DNA from: an uncultured candidate division Zixibacteria bacterium
GTDB taxonomy: Bacteria > Zixibacteria > MSB-5A5 > GN15 > FEB-12
DNA length: 64,000 nucleotides
Direction of reading: 5' to 3'
NCBI GenBank assembly: GCA_963735035.1
Contig: CAVTJJ010000003.1
Location: 288,001-352,000, forward strand
The notes under the pieces were generated by a model. The model saw nothing but the letters and a program-made list of their open reading frames with translations. It was not told the origin of the DNA and ran no database searches. Positions 30,013 to 40,706 of this stretch are shown one piece after another. Positions within the stretch are counted from its first letter, which is position 1. Each line of letters starts with the position of its first letter. Position numbers and translations under genes: made by a program.

Positions 30013-31920
30013 TTAGCGTCGGTACGGCCGCTGAAGCAGCAGCCGCGCTTCTTCCTGGTGATAGGCGGCCGATGACCCGGCCAGCACTTTCTCGTAGTAC
30101 TCACGGGCCAGGGCGCGTTCCCCGCGCACGTCAGCGACTTTGCCCAGCCAGAGGTTGACCATTCCCAAGTAGAATACTCTGGTTTCGAGGAACATCGCCG
30201 TCTGAAGGCAGGACTCGGCGTTTTCCGTATCGCCCGTCCCGAGATAGGCTATGCCAAGCCACATCATCTGACTCGCCGAGGGATTGTGGCGGGTGTCCGC
30301 TTGCGTCAGAGCCGCTATGGCGGCGCTGTAATAGTTGAGCGCCTCTTTCTTGTCGGCTGCAACGGATGAATGCGACAGAATGTTGCCTAACATCACCTGG
30401 CTCTCGGACAGTCCGCCCGTGCGGCCACTGGCCGCAATCACCTGGGAAAACAGTTGGCGTGCCGCCGTAGTATCGCCCACACAAAGTTTGTATAGACCCT
30501 GGTTAAATGGAATCAAGGTACTGGAGGAATCCAGCTCCCGGGCTCGATTCAAATCCGCCGCCGCCGAATCGTATTCACCGTTCATCAGGCGATACCCGGC
30601 TAGCTGCATCCACTCGGAAGCCAGAGTGTCGATAAGCTTTATCACTGCCGTCTGCCTGGTCGCCGCCGCGAAGTAATCACCGGCGAAGAAGGCAGTGCGT
30701 GAAAGCGTGGTGGAAGCCTCAAACGAGTCACGGAAATTGCTCGCCTTCGCAAGCATCTCCTTGGCATAATCGTGGGCCGTCGTATAGTCAAAGCGGGCCT
30801 CGGCCAGGCCGGTATGATAGGCAAGCTCCTCATACGAAATGCTGACCGTGTCCACGTAATGCAGCCATTCGGCCTTCAACTGGTCAAGTGTCTTTCCGTA
30901 GGTGGATTCGATGGTGGCGCGGAGATTAAGATCATCCGCTTTGCGATACAGATCCAGAAATAGACCAACCTGATACTGGTTTATGAGATACCGAACAAAG
31001 GTCGCCGAGACTCGATCCGACGTGAGCGGATCGTACTGATAATAGGCATAGGTATCGAGCAGTGAATCGAGCGGGAAAGAGCGCTTTTCGCGCAGCATCT
31101 GCTTCATCTCGTGAATGGCGAACGATGAGTAGTTCGCGAATCCGTCGGCCAGAAACGCCGGAGCGTACCCGTAGTTGTGATAAATTGCCGCCTGGCTGAT
31201 AAGAAACGGAAAGACCGAATTGCGCTCTTTGGAATACACCGCGAAAATCGTGCTTCGGACAGGATCAACCATCATCGCGAAACGATCGTCCCAGATTACC
31301 GTGTTGATCTTACAGGGGCAGATGAACAGAAGGTACTTGCCCGGCATCGAGAAATTTAGCATCCGGTTAAGATTATCGTATTCCTCTTCCAGTATCCCTT
31401 TGATCGAATTCCAATAATAGTCGCCCAGTGACCGTTCGACATAGTAGATGTTCATGTGCGCGGTCGGATCAATCGCAAAATCCTTGGCCTCATGATGCGA
31501 ATACGGGCACCAGGCCGTATCCACACTGACCGCCTTGAGCGGCGTGACAGTAAGCGAAAAACGCGCGCCGTTCTTCCCGATCAGGTTGCTCACCCTCCCC
31601 GGAAGACCGTATTCGATGTTGAAGTTCCGGGCGCCGTGCTGCGGTTGGGGGGCGAAAGTGTACGCGTGCACCATGATCTCGGTCGAGACCGTGTCAACTT
31701 TCGTCACGTTGACATCAATGGAGAGCCCGGCCGCAAACCCGGTGACGATCTTGCCTTTGACAAAATCGGCCGTATCGGCCCAAAGAAGCCGGTCACGCGA
31801 TCCGGCCGAATCCCACTGGTAGATATTCAAAGCGCAACGTACCGCGTTGGAGGCGGGTTCTGAAGCCAGGGCCGCTCCGGCGATCACCACAGACAAAACG
31901 ATTGATAGCAATTTCATCAT
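30013..31920 (-). CDS. Secreted TPR-containing protein with a degenerate peptidase MA-like domain
   Basis: Signal peptide; APAFLADGFANY resembles the P.WL.EG.A.Y motif; C-terminal TPR-like repeats. Confidence 0.7.
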   Translation of the reverse strand: MMKLLSIVLSVVIAGAALASEPASNAVRCALNIYQWDSAGSRDRLLWADTADFVKGKIVTGFAAGLSIDVNVTKVDTVSTEIMVHAYTFAPQPQHGARNFNIEYGLPGRVSNLIGKNGARFSLTVTPLKAVSVDTAWCPYSHHEAKDFAIDPTAHMNIYYVERSLGDYYWNSIKGILEEEYDNLNRMLNFSMPGKYLLFICPCKINTVIWDDRFAMMVDPVRSTIFAVYSKERNSVFPFLISQAAIYHNYGYAPAFLADGFANYSSFAIHEMKQMLREKRSFPLDSLLDTYAYYQYDPLTSDRVSATFVRYLINQYQVGLFLDLYRKADDLNLRATIESTYGKTLDQLKAEWLHYVDTVSISYEELAYHTGLAEARFDYTTAHDYAKEMLAKASNFRDSFEASTTLSRTAFFAGDYFAAATRQTAVIKLIDTLASEWMQLAGYRLMNGEYDSAAADLNRARELDSSSTLIPFNQGLYKLCVGDTTAARQLFSQVIAASGRTGGLSESQVMLGNILSHSSVAADKKEALNYYSAAIAALTQADTRHNPSASQMMWLGIAYLGTGDTENAESCLQTAMFLETRVFYLGMVNLWLGKVADVRGERALAREYYEKVLAGSSAAYHQEEARLLLQRPYRR

Positions 31921-31997
31921 ATCAGCTTATACCCCGCTGTCCCTTTAAGGGGACGAGATTCATTGACGGATCGACCGAGAGAGCCGCCGCTCCCGAA

Positions 31998-32729
31998 TTA
32001 CGATCCCTCGATTCTTACCAGGCGGCCGTCACGAAGTATCGGTACGATCGGCATGGAATCGACCCGGCTACAAAGCGCAACATCAGTGGCCATTCCCAGA
32101 GAAGCCAGAAACCGCCCGTGCTCTCCCCCGGCAATCGCCTCTTTGAGCTTGTCTTTTCTTTCGCGATAGAGCAATCGGGCCAACTCGCCGGCATCGTCGA
32201 GCTTGATTCCCTCGCTCTGTCGCGCAGCCAGCATGTCGATCAGGAAACCGCCGCACAAAGTATCTTCAATGGAAAAGCCCCCCTCGCGCCCCGAGCACAC
32301 GATCACCGAGTCCTGAGCCAACCTGGCAACTTCTTCCGCGATGCTGGTGATATTCACCAGAGCGCCGGAATAAACCTGGCCGGCTCCCGTGGTCATACCG
32401 AAGACCCCGGTGCCGTTGGTCGTACACAGAATGACATTCTTGCCGGCGACAGTCGCGGGAGTGAACTCGGCGGGCGAGTTGCCGAACTGAAAGTTCTCGA
32501 TCTTGACCCCGTTGCGTTCCCCTGCCACGACCGAACCTTCCGAACCCAACTTGGCCCGCAGCTCTCCGGCCTCGCCGGGCTCAGCGACCGGGATGACTCC
32601 CCGCGCCCCGGCCTGAAGCGAAGCACATATCGTGGTTGATGAGCGAAGCACGTCGATTACGACCACGGTCTTGCCTTCGAGCTCAACGTGATCAAGGGTG
32701 TGGGGCGTCAAGAGTAGCTGAACATTCAT
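31998..32729 (-). CDS. comB: 2-phosphosulfolactate phosphatase family protein
   Basis: VIDVLRSSTT, GER.G...FQFGNSP, TTNGT, EDTLCGG. Confidence 0.9.
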   Translation of the reverse strand: MNVQLLLTPHTLDHVELEGKTVVVIDVLRSSTTICASLQAGARGVIPVAEPGEAGELRAKLGSEGSVVAGERNGVKIENFQFGNSPAEFTPATVAGKNVILCTTNGTGVFGMTTGAGQVYSGALVNITSIAEEVARLAQDSVIVCSGREGGFSIEDTLCGGFLIDMLAARQSEGIKLDDAGELARLLYRERKDKLKEAIAGGEHGRFLASLGMATDVALCSRVDSMPIVPILRDGRLVRIEGS

Positions 32730-32738
32730 CCGGCAACC

Positions 32739-33848
32739 TCAGCGATGCGATGCATTCTTATAGAACGGCGGCTTTACTACCTTGGCCGCAAAACGCTTGT
32801 CTCGAATGGCAATTTCCACGGTGCTGCCGATCTTGGATTTCTCGGTGGTGACATACCCCATCGCGATCGGTATCTGCAGCGACGGCGAGAACGTCCCCGA
32901 TGTTACATGGCCGATCTTTGCGGCCCCGTCGAAAATATCGAAACCGTGCCGGGGGACATTGCGTCCTTCCATCTCCAGACAGACCAGGCGGCGTTTCGGC
33001 TTTTCTTCTTTCTGACGGGCGATTACCGGCTTGCCAATGAAATCCTTGTCGGTATCGACAATCCAGCCGAGGCTGGCTTCAATCGGCGTGGTGGTCTGGT
33101 CAATGTCGTTGCCATAAAGGGCCATCTTCATTTCCAAACGAAGCGTGTCGCGCGCTCCGAGACCAATGTATTCCATGCCCAGCTTCTTGCCGGCTTTGTT
33201 GACCGCGTCCCACAAGGCCTCACAATGTTTGGGCGGGATGTACATCTCGAAACCGTCCTCACCGGTATATCCGGTGCGGGAAAAGAAAAGCTCGATTCCA
33301 GCCACTTTGGCCGTGGCGTGATGATAGTACGGGATCGAATCGAGATTGTAGTCGGTCAGAGCACTCATCACTTTCTGAGCGTTAGGGCCCTGAATCGCCA
33401 GCAAGCCGTAGTCGTCGGAACGGTTCACGAAATCGACTTTGCCGCTCAGATGTGATTTCAGCCAGTCGAAGTCCTTCTGGATATTGGAGGCATTGACGAC
33501 TAGAAAGAAGCTCTGCTCGCCGGTGCGATAGACCAGGAGGTCATCGACAATACCGCCTTCGGCGTACGGCATGCAATTGTACTGGATCTGGCCGATCTTG
33601 AGACTGGCGACATTATTGGTGGTGGTCTTCTGCAGGAACGCCAGGGCGTCGGGACCTGAGACGGTGAACTCGCCCATGTGTGACAGGTCGAAGAGGCCGA
33701 CATTTTGGCGGACGGCCAGGTGCTCGACCTGTATCCCTTTGTACTGCACCGGCATAAGAAAACCGGCGAAGTCTACTACTTTGGCGCCGGCATCAACATG
33801 ATACTGATAGAAGGGGGTTTTTACTGCGGGTTGGTTACTATGGCTCAT
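32739..33848 (-). CDS. gcvT: Glycine cleavage system aminomethyltransferase T
   Basis: FDLSHMG, SRTGYTGEDGFE, GLGARDTLRLE, VTSGTFSPSL. Confidence 0.97.
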   Translation of the reverse strand: MSHSNQPAVKTPFYQYHVDAGAKVVDFAGFLMPVQYKGIQVEHLAVRQNVGLFDLSHMGEFTVSGPDALAFLQKTTTNNVASLKIGQIQYNCMPYAEGGIVDDLLVYRTGEQSFFLVVNASNIQKDFDWLKSHLSGKVDFVNRSDDYGLLAIQGPNAQKVMSALTDYNLDSIPYYHHATAKVAGIELFFSRTGYTGEDGFEMYIPPKHCEALWDAVNKAGKKLGMEYIGLGARDTLRLEMKMALYGNDIDQTTTPIEASLGWIVDTDKDFIGKPVIARQKEEKPKRRLVCLEMEGRNVPRHGFDIFDGAAKIGHVTSGTFSPSLQIPIAMGYVTTEKSKIGSTVEIAIRDKRFAAKVVKPPFYKNASHR

Positions 33849-33972
33849 ATCTATTATCTACCGTAGGTTAGGTTCGTTATTCTCGCCTAATAAACGGCGC
33901 AACCGAGCCAAGTCAATAGCTATGTCCCGACGGCGTGACTTCTTACGGTACAACGATTTGAGCGAACGTCCC

Positions 33973-34251
33973 TTACCCTCGCGTCAGGTGCAATGCGATT
34001 GCTACCAATGCGAACACCAGTGCGGCATTGATTGAGATAAGCCAGTGATAGTAAAGCGGTCCGGTTCGGCCGGTCTCTTCGCGAGTGATCTTCCGGTAGC
34101 GGTGGGCATAAATGGGCGCCATTACGCGCAGCCAAATGAAACTGACCGAGACTCCGCGACGGCGAAACCAGTCGTAGATCCTGATGCTGATAAACACGTT
34201 CCAGAAGACACAGGCTACGGCCAGTACCAAATAGACGACGGCGAGCGACAT
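33973..34251 (-). CDS. Small hypothetical membrane protein
   Basis: ATG at 34251 with AGGAGG RBS; two to three hydrophobic segments. Confidence 0.7.
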   Translation of the reverse strand: MSLAVVYLVLAVACVFWNVFISIRIYDWFRRRGVSVSFIWLRVMAPIYAHRYRKITREETGRTGPLYYHWLISINAALVFALVAIALHLTRG

Positions 34252-34307
34252 AGGAAACCTCCTTCTTCTAAAGAGAGGTACTACCTTTATCGGGTGTTTA
34301 TTCGGAC

Positions 34308-34493
34308 GTAGGTCGGGCGGATTTGACGCCCGACATAAACGTGCCCGGCAGATGCCTACATATGCCTGCAAGAAAGTGGAGCAGTCTTCCTTGTCGGTAG
34401 CGGCGAGAAACCGACACTTTGACGGTGTGACAAAACCCCCCTTGGGTATGGTACCGAAGATAGCGTGTCAGGCGTCAAGTCCGCCTGACCTAC
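34308..34493. repeat. REP cluster: inverted pair of GTAG-type REPs around a degenerate family A copy
   Basis: gtaggtcgggcggatttgacgcccgaca ... tgtcaggcgtcaagtccgcctgacctac; near-identical to 63743-63770. Confidence 0.82.
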
Positions 34494-35014
34494 GCGTCGC
34501 CTGATATCATACAATTGATGTACGGCACGAAATGCCCCACATACCGCGCTTGAAGATCAGCCCGTCGCCAATCGTCCCCGGTGATTCGATGACGACACAG
34601 TGGCGAGCCGCATCGACACGGATCGAGTGACCACGACGGGTCGCACTCCCAGAGGGCATAATCGACCGTGAGTTCTTCGCCGGGGGCGATATCGCAGCGC
34701 GCGGTCAACGTTATCTCGTCGCGCATCCATAGATTGGGGTCACAGGAATGGTTGATGTGATAGTCTACGGCTGTAGTTGTGTCGGGCGGATCGGCGAGAT
34801 AAAGCCCTTCGGCGAGAACCGAAATTGTGCCCGGCTTCGCCTTACCGGCCTTGATTTCGGCCTTGGAGTAAACCGTCCCGCCCCACTTGAGGACGACTTC
34901 GCCCTTCGCAATCGCCCTGACCGCGAACATCCCGCGTCCGTGAGTATCCGATTCACGAACGACCGCCTTGCGGCTGATCCAGGGTTCGAGTATTTGACCG
35001 GGGGTGAATATCAT
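34490..35014 (-). CDS. SET domain protein (putative lysine methyltransferase) with post-SET motif
   Basis: HGRGMFA, INHSCDPN, GEELTVDY, CRCGSPLCR. Confidence 0.92.
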   Translation of the reverse strand: MIFTPGQILEPWISRKAVVRESDTHGRGMFAVRAIAKGEVVLKWGGTVYSKAEIKAGKAKPGTISVLAEGLYLADPPDTTTAVDYHINHSCDPNLWMRDEITLTARCDIAPGEELTVDYALWECDPSWSLDPCRCGSPLCRHRITGDDWRRADLQARYVGHFVPYINCMISGDA

Positions 35015-35202
35015 CTTGTGGGCGGCAGGCGTCCTCGCCTGCCCCTTTCTATCTGCCTGACCCGTGGCTGGGTGTCAACTTTGTATCTAGCGAAGACAAT
35101 AAACAATTCCCCGACTGTTGACGTCAATATCCAAAGGCCCGAGAAAATAAGTAGACAACGGAAGTAAGAATGACATCTAGTACTTCCAAGGAGTTACAAC
35201 AT

Positions 35203-37259
35203 ATGGAGAAGAGAACTGCAATCATCGTGATGTGCTTAGTTCTTCAAAGTTTCACCCAACTGTTTGCTCAAGAATCATCGAAACAACAGGACAAATTGAT
35301 TCCGGAGTCGGCGGCGTATATGGGACAAACGCCGCCCGGGGACTCCGCAATCGTGTTTGCTCCCGACATTATCTCTACGGATAGCATTTTTGTAGGGACG
35401 TCGACATTCTCCCAAGACGGTCGGGAGTTCTATTTCGCCGTTACCAACAACAGGTGGGATCATTTTGAAATCTGGTCCACAAAATTCATAGACGGCAAAT
35501 GGTCGATCCCTGCCAAAGACGCTTTCCTGGACGATTCGCTCCAACTTGATGAATTGGAACCGTTCATTGCACCTGACGGCAATCGCATCTATTTCAATGC
35601 CGGTAATGCCGCCAATACGGATATCTGGTATTGCGAGAGAATGGGCACAGCCTGGGGGAAACCTACAAAATTGTCTGATATGATCAACACTTCAGATCTC
35701 GAGTGGTATCCCACAATATCCGGGAAGAATACTCTGTATATTGCGAGGAACGGTGACATATATCGTTCCACTTTTCAAGATGGGCAGTTTCAACAAGGCG
35801 GAAAAGACTCGATTGCCCGGTGAATTCAACCGACGGCGATGGGGATCCTTTCATATCACCGAATGAAGACTATCTGATATTTCAATCTCATCGTTCGGGG
35901 GGCTTTGGGCAGGCTGATTTGTACATCAGCTACAAGAAAGAAGATGGCTCCTGGACCAATCCCAGGAATCTCGGGCCAAAGATTAACACGAGTGAGTTTG
36001 AGAATGCTCCTTCGGTGACACAGGACGGCAAGTATCTCATGTTTACACGAAGAGAACAATGGCTGACGGAAAAACCATCGAAGATATGCTGGGTTTCCTC
36101 AGACTTTATAGTGCGCCTCAAGCACACGAATTGTGTTCCCTATGCGTGCAAACAAGTGAAGAATCAAACGTGCGTAGTTGGGCAGCCATTCAGCATTGTT
36201 ATTCCCGACGATACATTCATCGATGATGACGGTTACAACACCTTGACTTATTCGGCCGTGCTCGCCAATGGTGGCCAATTGCCTTCGTGGATAAGCTTCA
36301 ATCAGAAGTCCGTCACATTATCGGGCACACCGACCCAGGTAGGGATGGTTAGTATAAAGATCATCGCTACCGACACTGCCGGAGCGGCTGCTTCAACAAC
36401 ATTCTTACTGTCGGCGACCGATATGGCGGCCAAGCCCCAGCCCAAAGGAGTTTACTTCGGTCAGAGCTTGCCGGGAGAATTACCGGTGCTTTTCGCGCCT
36501 GAGATTCTTAACTCGGTCAGTGCGTGGGTGGAAGCCACGGGTTTCTCTCCGGATGGGACTCACTTCCTCATGGCGGTGGGTGACGCATCTTATTCAAGTA
36601 CGAGACTCTACTATTCGAGATGTGTTGACAGCGTATGGACGCCCTTTGTCGACGCCCCTTTCATCTCGGATTTTACCTTTTCACACGAACCCCACTTTGC
36701 GAAGAACGGCACCACTCTCACATTCACCGGAAAGAGTGCGACCGGGTCGCAGGATCTCTGGATGGTTCCCTATCGAGACACAATTTGGGGCCAGCCCATT
36801 GCGCTGCCGTCACCGATCAACAGTGACGCCAAAGAATGGCGCGGTAGCAGCACGTTGGATGGCATCGTATACTTCGGCTCGGATCGTGCCAAACCCGGAA
36901 TGAACCAATTGTACAAGGCCTACCGGGATTCCAGCCAACAGTGGGTTGCCGAGCAACTGGGGGCGCCCATCAATATGAATTCTTACGAAGGCGATCCCTG
37001 TGTTGCTCCGGATGGACGTTTCCTCATTTTCTATTCAGCTCGCGGTGGCATCAGTTCCGATCTATACGTGTGCTTCAGTGACGGCAACGGAGGATGGAGT
37101 GAACCCATTCTTCTTGGACCTGATTTCAATACTGCGAGCGACGAGTATGGCGCGCATCTGTCCTCTGATGGGAAGTATCTTTTCTTTACGCGCCACACTT
37201 TGAAGGGGAATAGTATTTTCTGGGTTGCAACTTCGGCGATTGATAAGCTTAAGAAGTAG
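35203..37259 (+). CDS. Secreted PD40 (TolB-like beta-propeller) protein with a central putative Ig domain, frameshifted near 35800
   Basis: Signal peptide; repeated FS.DG / P.I.PDG..L.F units; LPSWISFN...LSGTPT Ig-like motif; ORFs 35170..35823 and 35820..37259 join if extra bases in ggcggaaaag are removed. Confidence 0.78.
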
Positions 37260-37289
37260 TTCCGATTTCGTAGCGGTCTGCAATTTCAC

Positions 37290-37317
37290 GTGCCCGGCAG
37301 ATGCCCACATCTGCCGG
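37290..37317. repeat. Family A REP between convergent genes
   Basis: gtgcccggcagatgcccacatctgccgg. Confidence 0.8.
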
Positions 37318-37380
37318 CGAATCAACAACGTCGAAACCCCGCCGCAGCGGGCAGGCAGAGGGGTTTCAGCCTATGACGAC

Positions 37381-39117
37381 TCAAGGAATTGGGTTTTCAG
37401 GCCGTACGGATGTCTTCACAGAACCAGCCCTTCGCGCGCGACGAACAAGCCCTCGTCGAAGGTATAGACCTATGAGCAGCCCTGCCACCAGTCCGCCTAC
37501 ATGCGCAGAGTTGTCAATCCAGGGAGTGACGGCACCGAGCACGAGAGTCAGTACCACGCTTGGTGCAATGTAGAAAGCATATCGGGTCTGATCAACAAGC
37601 CGTCTGTGCCTCGGGATGGACAGACTGAATAGAACACCGAACATTCCAAAGATCCCGCCAGACGCTCCTATCGCCATAGAATCTGCATGGCACAAGAGAC
37701 TGACAATGCCGGCAATCAACCCCGTCACCAAGAATGAAAGAACAAACTTGCGCCACTTCAAGAGCCGTTCCAGAGAGAGACCAGCCAGAACAATCCCAAA
37801 GAGATTATTGATCAGGTGAGGGAAACTACCGTGAAGGAACATCGCCGTGATAAGCCTCCACCATTCCCCGGACAGAATCGCCTGGCGATTACAGGCTCCC
37901 CACTCAATAAGTGGATCCGAGTCAGAGAAACCGGCATAGAAGCCAGATGCTGTCTGAGCTCCGAAAATGGCAATGATGAGCCATATGAGAAGAGGAGTGG
38001 CGACGTAATCTCCCTGCAAGAACATAAAACTAACTGCATCTCTAATGTCACTGTCCTTAGATGACCTCCCCTGCCGCACACTCTTCAACTCCTCTTCATC
38101 CACGAGCGGCACCATAACCATGGCAAGCCAGATCAGTGCACCTCCAGCGAAAGTTCCTATCAGCCACACAAGAGAACGCCCTGTTCTGGATTCATATGGA
38201 TTGTCGAGAGGAATCAAAATAATCGGATCACCGCTTTCTTCGACAATTCCGCTCCTTAGAACGGCGTCCTTGAATCCATCCAAGTCCGCACAAGGCCCTA
38301 TTCTCTCGAAGAGAGGGATTGCTCTAATGTCCTTTTGGAGAATATCCTTGTAGGATTGGTGAACTAATTTGTTATAAGCGACGTTCTGGGCGGAGTCTGA
38401 AAGCAACCGACTCACCTCTTTCCTATACTTCAGGCCAAGCCATACCATGCTTGTAGTCGGGTTTGCCGACAAGCAAGAGTCTGACAGAGGCATCGCAAAG
38501 TATAAAGACAGTTCAAGTCTGTTTCCCATCCTCCCCATCAACTTGGTTCGCAGCGACAAACCCCAGTTGGTAGTGTCAATTTCCAGGTCGTCTACGGTGT
38601 AGTACTTAGAATTCTCAGCCGCGGCAATACCGCTGATATGGTTTAGGTGCGTGAGACGGCCTGTTGCAGTAGTCATATATTGCTGAGCAATTATGACTGG
38701 CACAGACAAAACTATCGTTGCAGCCATCAAGAAACCAAAATGTGGATCATTATAATTGGATTTGGAGACAAATTTGAGCACTCCGACTTTGGGTCTCAGC
38801 CAGAACAGGACAATCGCTACTGTCAGAATCAGAGGCAGCCAAAACTGTAGAATATTCTTGTCCAGCGTAATCAGTCTTGTTTGGATGACAAAGAACCAAT
38901 GGGCCAGGGTGTACAGGACCACTAATGTTACCAACACGAACAGAAACGGAAGGTATATGACTTCCATCTTCTCCCGGAATGCGCCCCGGCGGATGCGTCG
39001 TCCCTTTTCTGCCGAGGCTTTCTTCTTGGGGCTTCTTGATTTCTTGCTGTCGTCGTGAGTTCCGGCTACTCCCATGCTGGAATGATAGCTCCCCGATTGG
39101 GTTTCGTCAATCAACAA
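37381..39117 (-). CDS. Rhomboid-family intramembrane serine protease with a long N-terminal extension (start uncertain)
   Basis: EWWRLITAMFLH, HLINN, catalytic GASG, DNSAHVGG. Confidence 0.88.
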   Translation of the reverse strand: MLIDETQSGSYHSSMGVAGTHDDSKKSRSPKKKASAEKGRRIRRGAFREKMEVIYLPFLFVLVTLVVLYTLAHWFFVIQTRLITLDKNILQFWLPLILTVAIVLFWLRPKVGVLKFVSKSNYNDPHFGFLMAATIVLSVPVIIAQQYMTTATGRLTHLNHISGIAAAENSKYYTVDDLEIDTTNWGLSLRTKLMGRMGNRLELSLYFAMPLSDSCLSANPTTSMVWLGLKYRKEVSRLLSDSAQNVAYNKLVHQSYKDILQKDIRAIPLFERIGPCADLDGFKDAVLRSGIVEESGDPIILIPLDNPYESRTGRSLVWLIGTFAGGALIWLAMVMVPLVDEEELKSVRQGRSSKDSDIRDAVSFMFLQGDYVATPLLIWLIIAIFGAQTASGFYAGFSDSDPLIEWGACNRQAILSGEWWRLITAMFLHGSFPHLINNLFGIVLAGLSLERLLKWRKFVLSFLVTGLIAGIVSLLCHADSMAIGASGGIFGMFGVLFSLSIPRHRRLVDQTRYAFYIAPSVVLTLVLGAVTPWIDNSAHVGGLVAGLLIGLYLRRGLVRRARRAGSVKTSVRPENPIP

Positions 39118-39137
39118 GTCACACCAGGCGAATATGG

Positions 39138-39284
39138 CCCCCGATAGAGTCGGGAGCAGACATCAGCCGGGCACGCTGACATCATCCACCAACCCACAGC
39201 AAGCTGTGGGGTGCCAATTGATACGGCAGGGATGGAACCCTGCCGATCACGAAACCTACCACCCTTCGACAAGCTCAGGGTGAC
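39138..39284. repeat. Composite REP cluster (families A, D CCCACAGCAAGCTGTGGG, B, C CCCTTCGACAAGCTCAGGGTGAC)
   Basis: Four different palindromes in tandem; 39224-39270 is identical to 40621-40667. Confidence 0.85.
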
Positions 39285-39303
39285 TTGCGCGACGATCCGG
39301 TGG

Positions 39304-40443
39304 TCACCGTTCGGTAATCTTGATATTCTCCGGCGGCAGAAATAGACTATAGTCGAAACCTAGACCGGATTGGTAATCGTCGTAAACGACGGTGACCCAC
39401 GAACCGTCCGGTCCTTTTCTAGTGACCTCATAAAGCAACCCTGTCTTCTTGTTGATATACAAGTGCAGCAGCCAGTAATACCGGGGTAGCTCATACGCCT
39501 CGCACCACACTCCGTCCACCAGTTGATCGGCAAGCCTTCGGGCACCGTGGTAGGCAAAGAAGGCTTGTTCCCGGCCGAATTCGAGCGGCTTCAATCCATC
39601 GTCCTTCCACTCGTTGAACACCGGGCAGACGGTATTGAAGGTGGGACCAGGGTCGAGAGAATGCCTACCGATTTTGTCGAAGAGATTGATCAGCCACATA
39701 TTCGGCTCGTTCATGACTGTGAGTTTGTGCACGTTTGTGGCCGGATTGGGCGGTTCCTCAGCCCGAGCATACTTCTCGCCCGCCCTCCAAATTGTAGTGG
39801 GTTGCGCCTTCACAGAGTTGATCTCGATGTGAGGTGAGACATATCGATAAGTGATCTTAACCATCTTCGCGGTGTCGCTCAGGAGGCCGAGCGGCGCTCC
39901 GCCGAGCGATTCGTCGGGCGCGAACACACGTGCATGCTTGAATATGTCCATCCACTTCAGCATATTCGTTCCGAACGTTTTCCGATCCTTGGCAGAGTAC
40001 CAGAACGAATGAACAAATTGCCTGCCTACTATGAATCCAAACAGCATGTACTCAGGTTTGGCCTGTGCCTTACAGTTTTCAGGATTCCAACTGCAAATGA
40101 TAAGGCTGTCGCTCGTGAAAAGGACCTTCCAGATTCCTTCCGGGCATGTCTTTATGGCGTTATCGCGGTGGTGGTCCCGGGCGAATTCAACGACGCCGGG
40201 TGAACGATAGACCGGGAACGACATAGTGGAAACGAGTTCGGTCCAGTTTTCGATATCTTCTCCCCTGAGAATGTACTCTACAAGGCCCTGCTCCCGATCG
40301 GCGTAACAAGAGGCCGCTATCCACTCGCGACCATCGAAATCCACAACGACGCGTTCGTCTAAGAACTCACCGTATGATGATGTGGCTGCTACGAAGAGTG
40401 TTGCCACGATCATTACAGCCAGATTCAGTCGGTGCACGCGCAT
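39304..40443 (-). CDS. Hypothetical secreted protein
   Basis: ATG at 40443 with AGGAGG RBS; N-terminal signal-like segment; long open frame; no family recognised. Confidence 0.7.
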   Translation of the reverse strand: MRVHRLNLAVMIVATLFVAATSSYGEFLDERVVVDFDGREWIAASCYADREQGLVEYILRGEDIENWTELVSTMSFPVYRSPGVVEFARDHHRDNAIKTCPEGIWKVLFTSDSLIICSWNPENCKAQAKPEYMLFGFIVGRQFVHSFWYSAKDRKTFGTNMLKWMDIFKHARVFAPDESLGGAPLGLLSDTAKMVKITYRYVSPHIEINSVKAQPTTIWRAGEKYARAEEPPNPATNVHKLTVMNEPNMWLINLFDKIGRHSLDPGPTFNTVCPVFNEWKDDGLKPLEFGREQAFFAYHGARRLADQLVDGVWCEAYELPRYYWLLHLYINKKTGLLYEVTRKGPDGSWVTVVYDDYQSGLGFDYSLFLPPENIKITER

Positions 40444-40546
40444 CTTTCCTCCTGTTGTATCTAACTCAAAGTAATGTCTGAACATTCAACGATAACGCAA
40501 GGACGATTCGAGCCCGACTTGGCGGATCGGGCACGTTTCGGTTTCA

Positions 40547-40706
40547 CGTTTCGACAGGCTCAGGGCGACTTACGGCTATCACACCCGGCAGATGTGGACA
40601 TCTGCCGGGCACTTGTCAAGCGGCAGGGATGGAACCCTGCCGATCACGAAACCTACCACCCTTCGACCCTTCGACAAGCTCAGGGCAGGCTTAGCTCAGG
40701 GTGACT
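40547..40706. repeat. Composite REP cluster (C, A, B, and C nested in C)
   Basis: ttcgacaggctcagggcgac; cccggcagatgtggacatctgccgggcac; cggcagggatggaaccctgccg; cccttcgac[ccttcgacaagctcagggcaggctt]agctcagggtgac. Confidence 0.85.

Noticed and set aside
21560..35825. Programmed ribosomal frameshifting in the split genes
   Set aside because: No canonical slippery heptamer with a stimulator is visible, and there are multiple indels within 70 bp; assembly error is simpler.
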